A stretch of 32,000 bases of DNA from Promethearchaeum syntrophicum (GTDB taxonomy: Archaea; Asgardarchaeota; Lokiarchaeia; Sigyniarchaeales; Promethearchaeaceae): positions 3,060,001-3,092,000 of the forward strand of contig NZ_CP042905.2 in NCBI RefSeq assembly GCF_008000775.2, in the 5' to 3' direction. The notes beneath the pieces were generated by a model, which saw nothing but the letters and a program-made list of their open reading frames with translations, was not told the origin of the DNA and searched no databases. Positions 26,341-32,000 of this stretch are shown piece after piece. Each line of letters starts with the position of its first letter. The first letter of the stretch is position 1. The translations under genes were made by a program, and so were the position numbers.

Positions 26341-27582
26341 TCATGCCTCTTCCCAATCTTTTTTAATTTTTTTTATTTGATAAGGATTCTCTTCAATCTT
26401 TTCTTGAGGATTAACTAAAATTCGATGCGAAGGATTCAAAATATCTTCAATTGATGTTTGATTATATATATTATTCGCTAATTCCATTAATCCTTCAATG
26501 CCAAGTGGAGGGTGATCTAAAAGGTTTGATTCCCAAATTTTTAATTCAGAAAACTCATGATGGATCAAATTTTGATATTTTTCTTGATACCCATACAAAT
26601 TATCCAAATATTTTGAACGTCCTCGTTCATCTTCAGGAATTAACCGGTTGATGTGCAAACCGTCTATCGAAATAAAGGGTTCAGACATTTTTTTAGCGCG
26701 TTTGACCTCTTCAAATGAGGGTTTTTCTGCAATTGAGACAAGACGGAGTGAACCAATACCTTTTATGATAGAAGAAATTCTACTCGATCGTCTCTCCATA
26801 TCATGCAGAATATCAAGGATATCTTGAGCCAAATTTTTTTGCTCTTCCTTTTCTAGCTTATAATCATCATTTCTCTCATCATTCACTAATCCTTTAGCAA
26901 TCCATGCAGCGGGTTTTGCCCATTTAGTTAATTTTTTAATTTTATTAAACGAATTTTGGACTGTAGAAAGAACGCGTAATGTAAATTTCATTGATCTTTG
27001 CGCATTGTCTTGAGGCACTTCAAATAAAGCAATCATATTACCTGTTGGAGGAAAATCACAAACCAGAATATCAAAAGCAGGAATTTTTTTTCGTAAATCT
27101 AATGGTGTCGAATCATTTTGATTAATTCCTTTATATTTCATTTGTTTTTCGCCGATATCCGCCATAGGATTTTCTGCATCAATAATACTCTGGAAAAAAA
27201 GAGAATTTTTCATCGCTAACGGAATATTTTTACTTTGGAGAGATTCCGTAATAATTGTTTCGAGATCCGTGATCATTGATATTATTTTTGATGATTTTAT
27301 CAAAATACGCGCTTTTTTTGAAAGTTCTCCTGTATATCGTTCAGCATATTTATCAGGATCAGGTTCAATAGCAAATAAATTATTGGTGATTTGAGTAACA
27401 TCATTTCCAATTTTTTTATCAAAAAGATCGGATAGATTGTGAGCAATATCAAAAGAAATAAGCAAAATTTTTTTATCTGTTAGCTGATTTGCTAAAAAAA
27501 CTGCTGTAGCTGCGGATATTGAAGATTTTCCAACACCACCCTTACCACCAAAAACAAGAAGATTCTCCATATTATTTCCCAT
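26341..27582 (-). CDS. ArsA/Get3-family P-loop ATPase (single ATPase domain) with a divergent switch II
   Basis: Deviant Walker A GGKGGVGKSS, SFDIAHNLSDLF (cf. STDPAHNLSD), LFAIEPDP, and switch II CDFPPTGN (canonical DTAPTGH). There is no CxxC zinc motif. Confidence 0.8.
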   Translation of the reverse strand: MGNNMENLLVFGGKGGVGKSSISAATAVFLANQLTDKKILLISFDIAHNLSDLFDKKIGNDVTQITNNLFAIEPDPDKYAERYTGELSKKARILIKSSKIISMITDLETIITESLQSKNIPLAMKNSLFFQSIIDAENPMADIGEKQMKYKGINQNDSTPLDLRKKIPAFDILVCDFPPTGNMIALFEVPQDNAQRSMKFTLRVLSTVQNSFNKIKKLTKWAKPAAWIAKGLVNDERNDDYKLEKEEQKNLAQDILDILHDMERRSSRISSIIKGIGSLRLVSIAEKPSFEEVKRAKKMSEPFISIDGLHINRLIPEDERGRSKYLDNLYGYQEKYQNLIHHEFSELKIWESNLLDHPPLGIEGLMELANNIYNQTSIEDILNPSHRILVNPQEKIEENPYQIKKIKKDWEEA

Positions 27583-27622
27583 TTTAATATATTTAATATT
27601 AAATGAAAATAAACAATAAATT

Positions 27623-27634
27623 TTTCTCGAGAAA
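27623..27634. promoter_or_regulatory. Perfect 12-nt palindrome TTTCTCGAGAAA in the divergent ArsA-like / clpB intergenic region
   Basis: Read directly. The CTCGAG core stands out in an otherwise almost pure A/T spacer, ~150 nt upstream of the clpB ATG and ~40 nt upstream of the ArsA-like start. Confidence 0.25.
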
Positions 27635-27771
27635 TTTAAACTAATAATTGCGTCAGATGAAGAATTTAAGTAATATTTAGGAATATTAAGAAAAATTTAA
27701 TTCAATTTTATGGGAATATAGACAACTTAAAGTTCACAAAATTTAAATATTAGTTTTGATATATCATATTT

Positions 27772-27776
27772 GGAGG
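27772..27776 (+). promoter_or_regulatory. Shine-Dalgarno-like GGAGG upstream of clpB
   Basis: GGAGG at 27772-27776, 8 nt before the ATG at 27785. It lies inside the TTG-started extension given in the ORF track. Confidence 0.5.
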
Positions 27777-27784
27777 TAAAAAAA

Positions 27785-30367
27785 ATGGAACTTAACAGAT
27801 TTACAATAAAATTACAAGAAGCCATGTTAAAAGCAAAAAATAAAGCTCAAAAGCAGAAAAATCAACAAATTGAGATCGAACATCTCATTTTCGCTTTTCT
27901 CTCTGATCCAGAAAATATTGCGAATTTAATTTTTCAAAAAACTGGAGCAAATTCCAATCAAATTCAAAACGAAATCGAAAATGAAATAAAAAGATATCCA
28001 CAAGTCACCGGAAATACCAGTGAAGTTTACCTTTCTAAATCATTGAACAATACAATTAATGAAGCCATGTCGGTAATGGAAGATATGAAAGATCAATATT
28101 TAAGTGCTGAACATGTCATCCTTACAATTTCAAAAGATAACAGTACTAACGTTTCAGGAATTTTCCTTAAACATGGATTAACCTATGAGAGGATATTGCA
28201 AGCAATTTCAGAATTTCGTGGAAATATTAGTATTGATAATCCAAATCCAGAAACCCAATACCAACCTTTAGAAAAATACACGAAAAATTTGATAGATATG
28301 GCTCGACAACGGAAATTAGATCCTGTTATTGGAAGGGATGATGAAATCCGTAGAGTGATTACAATTTTATCGCGTCGAACTAAAAACAACCCAGTATTAA
28401 TCGGAGATGCAGGTGTAGGAAAAACAGCGATCATTGAAGGAATTGCTCAAAGAATTTATAAAGGGGATGTTCCCGAATCCTTAAAAGATAAAATTGTCTT
28501 AAGTCTTGATCTAGGTGCACTTATCGCGGGAGCAAAATATCGTGGTGAATTTGAAGAACGCTTGAAAAGTGTTCTTAAGGAAATTACAAAAGGTGAGGGA
28601 AAATACATTCTTTTTATTGACGAATTACACACACTCGTTGGAGCAGGAGCTGCAGAAGGCGCTATGGATGCAAGTAATATGTTAAAACCCGCTTTAGCAC
28701 GTGGAGAACTAAGAAGTATAGGAGCAACAACTATCAAAGAATACCGTAAATATATTGAAAAAGATACCGCTCTAACCAGAAGATTCCAACCAGTGATGGT
28801 TTCAGAACCAACAGTTGAACAAACAATAACCATATTGAGAGGATTGAAAGAAAAATATGAGGTTCATCATGGGATCCACATAAAGGATAGTGCATTAATA
28901 GCGGCGGCAACTCTTTCTTCGCGATATATAACAGATCGATTTCTTCCTGATAAAGCAATTGATCTTATAGATGAAGCGAGTTCCCGATTAAGAATAGAAT
29001 TAGATTCAATTCCTCTTGAAATGGATGAAATTCATAGAAAAATTATACAACTTCAAATAGAAGAACAAGCTTTAAAAAGAGAAAATGAAAATGAACACAA
29101 TAATCAACTGAATATATGTCAGGATGAGATAATAAGGCAACAAAAAGAGTATGAAACCTTAAAGGAGCAATGGGAAAAAGAAAAGAATGTAATCACGACA
29201 ATTTCTAAAATCAATGAACAAATTGGACAAACAAAGAATGATGAGGAAAAAGCTACAAGAGAAGGTGATTTAGGGAAAGCGGCTGAGCTCAGATATGGCA
29301 AAAGATTAAATTTACAAAAAGAGAGAGAAAGACTTCAAAAAAAATTAAAAGAATTGACAAAAAATAAGAAAATGCTACGTCAGGAAGTGTCTGAAGAAAA
29401 TATTGCTCAAATAGTTGCTCAATGGACATCTATCCCAGTAACTCGTTTATTGGAAGGGGAAAAAGAGAAAATATTGGAAATGGAAGATCGAATGCGAGAG
29501 AGAGTAATTGGCCAAGACCAAGCTTTAAATCTAGTTTCCAATGCCATAAGACGAGCCCGTTCCGGAATTCAAGATCCTGATAGACCAATTGGTTCATTTA
29601 TTTTTCTAGGACCTACAGGGGTTGGAAAGACAGAAACTGCCAAAGCACTGGCAGAATTTTTATTTGATTCAGAAGATGCACTTATAAGGATAGATATGTC
29701 AGAATATATGGAAAAACATAGCGTAGCACGTTTAATAGGAGCGCCACCTGGTTATATTGGTTATGACGAAGGTGGTCAATTAACAGAAGCCGTAAGACGA
29801 GCTCCTTACTCGGTTATTTTATTTGATGAGATTGAAAAAGCACATCATGATGTATTCAATATATTATTACAAGTGTTAGACGATGGACGTTTAACCGATG
29901 GGAAAGGCCGAACTATAGATTTTAGGAATACCATCCTTGTAATGACAAGCAATATTGGTGGATCTATGATTGCCGAACATAAAAGAAATTTGAATGAAGA
30001 ACTAATAACACAAATTAAGAAAATGCTAAAAAGCTACTTTCTGCCTGAATTTCTCAATAGGGTAGATGATATTGTTATTTTCAATTTCCTTTCAAAAGAG
30101 AATATTGAGAAAATAGTTGATGTTCAAATTCGGGAATTAAATCATATTCTTGCGACCAGAAAAGTAAAGATCAATTTATCCAAGAGTGCTCGAGAAAAAT
30201 TAGCAGATATTGGTTTTGATCCAGAAAACGGCGCAAGACCTTTAAAACGAGCGATTCAAAGGAATATTCAAGATAGATTAGCCACATCTTTACTAATGGG
30301 AGAAATCCAACAAGATCAAACTCTAATGATTGACATTGACAATTCGGGGAAATTCATTTTCAAATAA
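27785..30367 (+). CDS. clpB: ClpB-type AAA+ disaggregase
   Basis: Clp N-domain, NBD1 Walker [11 protein letters not shown], long coiled-coil middle domain ([22 protein letters not shown]...), NBD2 Walker [10 protein letters not shown], sensor/ARPL motif [10 protein letters not shown]. The ATG at 27785 is preferred over the TTG at 27770 because of the RBS. Confidence 0.95.
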   Translation: MELNRFTIKLQEAMLKAKNKAQKQKNQQIEIEHLIFAFLSDPENIANLIFQKTGANSNQIQNEIENEIKRYPQVTGNTSEVYLSKSLNNTINEAMSVMEDMKDQYLSAEHVILTISKDNSTNVSGIFLKHGLTYERILQAISEFRGNISIDNPNPETQYQPLEKYTKNLIDMARQRKLDPVIGRDDEIRRVITILSRRTKNNPVLIGDAGVGKTAIIEGIAQRIYKGDVPESLKDKIVLSLDLGALIAGAKYRGEFEERLKSVLKEITKGEGKYILFIDELHTLVGAGAAEGAMDASNMLKPALARGELRSIGATTIKEYRKYIEKDTALTRRFQPVMVSEPTVEQTITILRGLKEKYEVHHGIHIKDSALIAAATLSSRYITDRFLPDKAIDLIDEASSRLRIELDSIPLEMDEIHRKIIQLQIEEQALKRENENEHNNQLNICQDEIIRQQKEYETLKEQWEKEKNVITTISKINEQIGQTKNDEEKATREGDLGKAAELRYGKRLNLQKERERLQKKLKELTKNKKMLRQEVSEENIAQIVAQWTSIPVTRLLEGEKEKILEMEDRMRERVIGQDQALNLVSNAIRRARSGIQDPDRPIGSFIFLGPTGVGKTETAKALAEFLFDSEDALIRIDMSEYMEKHSVARLIGAPPGYIGYDEGGQLTEAVRRAPYSVILFDEIEKAHHDVFNILLQVLDDGRLTDGKGRTIDFRNTILVMTSNIGGSMIAEHKRNLNEELITQIKKMLKSYFLPEFLNRVDDIVIFNFLSKENIEKIVDVQIRELNHILATRKVKINLSKSAREKLADIGFDPENGARPLKRAIQRNIQDRLATSLLMGEIQQDQTLMIDIDNSGKFIFK

Positions 30368-30372
30368 AATTA

Positions 30373-30393
30373 TTTTTTATTTCTGATTTTTTT
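30373..30393 (+). terminator. Oligo-T tracts in the 41-nt gap between convergent clpB and padR-like genes
   Basis: T6 at 30373-30378 and T7 at 30387-30393, immediately after the clpB stop. Confidence 0.35.
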
Positions 30394-30408
30394 ACTTCTT
30401 GATAAATA

Positions 30409-30783
30409 TTAAATTTCAAGAGAATCAATGATAGAAATTAGGGGGTTTAGGATAAATTTAACTCGCTCTTTAATTTGAGCGGATATATTTTTGAGAGTCT
30501 CCTTTCCTGCTTGGGTGATTTGATATTTTCTCTGCTTTCGTCCAGTCGAGGATTGTTCCGATGAAACTAAACCCATATTTTCCAGTCTTCGTAATTCTGA
30601 ATAAAGAGTACCTGATTTAAACCTAATGCGATTATTCATAATTTTTGGGACTAAATTCATCAATTCATAGCCGGTAATATTTGGAGTTTTGCAAATTAAG
30701 GCAAGAAATATAGCTCTTGTTAAGGGGACAGGATCGTGACTTTTCAATGTATCATTTTTTTTATTAGAAGTCTCGTTTTCCAT
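30409..30783 (-). CDS. PadR-family winged-helix transcriptional regulator
   Basis: ITGYELMNLV...SGTLYSELRRLENMGLVSSEQ...GRKQRKYQITQAG is the PadR wHTH pattern. Size is 124 aa, with an ATG start. Confidence 0.8.
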   Translation of the reverse strand: MENETSNKKNDTLKSHDPVPLTRAIFLALICKTPNITGYELMNLVPKIMNNRIRFKSGTLYSELRRLENMGLVSSEQSSTGRKQRKYQITQAGKETLKNISAQIKERVKFILNPLISIIDSLEI

Positions 30784-30832
30784 TTTTTCCCCTTCAATAA
30801 TTTAAATTGTAATTAAAATAAAAAAAAATGCC

Positions 30833-31321
30833 TTAAACTGTAGGCATAAAACTGATATATGCACTCAAAAATAAAACTGCAATACCAACAAGTATATTGA
30901 TGATTAATATGATCATATTAAGTTTTTCTTTTACTGGAGGTGTAAGTTTATCCAATTTATCAATGATTAAACTTCGAAAAATGCTTAGAAGAATCATTAA
31001 GATATATAATATGTGCTTAATGCTCAATATTGTTGTATAAGGATTTCCAAATGTAAGAAATCCTGTTGATTGTCCTGATTGTTTGGCCATCAATAATCCA
31101 GTTAGAATCAAACCGACCATGCTTACATAGACAAATATACTCATTCTTTTCTTGATTGTTGAAATTGAAAGTTTGGTTTCTTTTGATTTGCCGAAAACCT
31201 TCATAATTGAAGGAAATACAGCAAATGCTAGCGTTAACATCCCTCCTATCCATAGAGCAGTAAATAGATTATGGAGGGTCGTAATAATTATTGGAACGAA
31301 TGGAGCTGCCATAGTAGTCAC
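30833..31321 (-). CDS. Four-helix membrane protein, possibly CopD-like
   Basis: Four hydrophobic helices. The first contains HNLFTALWIGGM, resembling the CopD-domain H...W.GG motif. The start is GTG at 31321 or ATG at 31312. It lies directly upstream of the PadR gene on the same strand. Confidence 0.6.
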   Translation of the reverse strand: MTTMAAPFVPIIITTLHNLFTALWIGGMLTLAFAVFPSIMKVFGKSKETKLSISTIKKRMSIFVYVSMVGLILTGLLMAKQSGQSTGFLTFGNPYTTILSIKHILYILMILLSIFRSLIIDKLDKLTPPVKEKLNMIILIINILVGIAVLFLSAYISFMPTV

Positions 31322-31340
31322 CTAAATTTTTAATTTTTTA

Positions 31341-31368
31341 ATATGTAGTCAATTGATATGTAGCCAAT
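31341..31368. promoter_or_regulatory. Direct repeat ATATGTAG(T/C)CAAT x2 upstream of the membrane-protein/PadR operon
   Basis: ATATGTAGTCAAT at 31341-31353 and ATATGTAGCCAAT at 31356-31368 (15-nt register), 20-47 nt upstream of the operon start. A related GATGTATAG occurs at 31401-31409. Confidence 0.3.
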
Positions 31369-32000
31369 AAATATATTGACGAATCACATATAAATTTTTT
31401 GATGTATAGTTATTCAAAACCTATAATATTTAAAGCAAAACCTTTTTTGGTTGAATTTCTTTAATAATAGTAGAAGGTTTAGAAAATCTAAGCCTTGAAT
31501 TAACTTAAGTTATAGCAACAAATGAATTAATTGAAACGAAAACAATAAATAAGCAACGTTTCATATATGAAATACGATATAACGTTATAATGTGTAACAA
31601 AATCATCAATTGTCAATTATTAATTAAAAATAAAAATGTTATTTAAGAAAATAATCGATTAATTACGGAAGAAATTACAAAAATAATTCAAAACAAAAAA
31701 AATTGCTAAAAAGCAATAATATTCAATTAAAAGAATGTAAAATCACGAAACTTTACAACTACAGGGGCAAGACCTCAAAATAATTATTAAGGTTTAATAA
31801 AAGAAAAATTCTTCAAATATAACAAAACAAATGAAATTATTACGAAAAATCACGATAATTTAACCCAATGCATAAAATCTTTGAGCAAAGCTCAATTTAA
31901 TAGAGCTATGTTTAAAAATAAGCATACAATTGCAAATATTAAATGGAAAAATTAAGAATATAAAAACAATCTGAAAAATTGTAAAATTATTTCATTTAGA

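Noticed and set aside
27623-27634. The palindrome TTTCTCGAGAAA as a bona fide heat-shock element
   Set aside because: The TTC-n4-GAA spacing differs from the eukaryotic HSE (n2) and from the longer archaeal Phr operator consensus as I recall it. It is kept only as an unclassified candidate operator.
27770-27784. TTG/GTG-initiated N-terminal extensions in the ORF track (clpB 27770, acyltransferase 3109, YkgJ-like 11309, orphan 17557, small membrane protein 26256, CopD-like 31321)
   Set aside because: I read the codons directly. They are non-ATG starts lying 2-17 codons upstream of an ATG. For clpB the extension contains the GGAGG ribosome-binding site, so the ATG is preferred. For 17557 and 31321 the choice is left open.
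2790-31253. The many 60-128-aa ORFs nested antisense or out of frame in larger genes (2790, 3468, 4185, 4590, 5117, 7072, 9161, 9366, 10957, 12298, 14844, 15588, 18304, 18502, 18656, 19609, 20318, 22966, 23180, 23383, 26451, 28183, 28456, 28734, 29119, 31017)
   Set aside because: Each lies wholly inside a longer ORF that has strong family motifs. Their translations are low-complexity or Ser/Ile/Phe-rich, as expected from antisense reading of AT-rich coding DNA, and none shows a motif I recognise.
31322-32000. The ORF-free AT-rich region as a replication origin
   Set aside because: There is no orc1/cdc6 gene in the window, and I could not identify repeated ORB-like boxes. Only a weak 10-mer duplication and one short near-palindrome are present. 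The evidence is insufficient to call an origin.
1-32000. Prophage, transposon, integron or genomic-island boundaries; tRNA, rRNA and other structured RNA genes
   Set aside because: I saw no integrase, transposase, capsid, terminase, terminal inverted repeats or flanking direct repeats. No intergenic segment shows the GC-rich, stem-forming character that tRNA or rRNA genes have in AT-rich archaeal genomes. A tRNAscan/Infernal run would be needed to exclude small RNAs formally.

Overview
This is a 32 kb, AT-rich (about 30% GC by eye), gene-dense chromosomal segment. I can support 22 protein-coding genes (one truncated at the 5' window edge), one long in-frame tandem repeat, and a few candidate regulatory repeats and terminators. 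I recognised no rRNA, tRNA, CRISPR array, transposase or integrase by eye. Archaeal hallmark genes (class-I CCA-adding enzyme, archaeosine synthase ArcS with its radical-SAM partner, aEF-2-family GTPase) sit among bacterial-type genes (ClpB, FadD-type acyl-CoA ligase, LpxL-family acyltransferase, patatin phospholipase, PAS sensor). This mixture and the composition are reminiscent of Asgard (Loki-like) archaea, but taxonomy cannot be confirmed without a database search. The most interesting observations are: (1) a SIR2 (NADase-type)-TPR fusion protein divergently paired with a patatin phospholipase, a candidate single-protein immune/conflict sensor; (2) an EF-2-family GTPase with intact GTPase motifs but a rewritten diphthamide loop, encoded outside any ribosomal-protein operon; (3) a 752-aa orphan protein with 17 PEVK-like 8-aa repeats encoded by near-perfect 24-nt DNA repeats; (4) a possible gelsolin-like protein immediately upstream of cca; (5) a cluster of acyl-ester lipid genes; (6) a tandem metallophosphoesterase whose second domain has lost its metal ligands; (7) a PAS protein with a Cys/His-rich C-terminal module. 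All functional calls rest on motif recognition from the translated ORFs. No HMM or BLAST search was possible.
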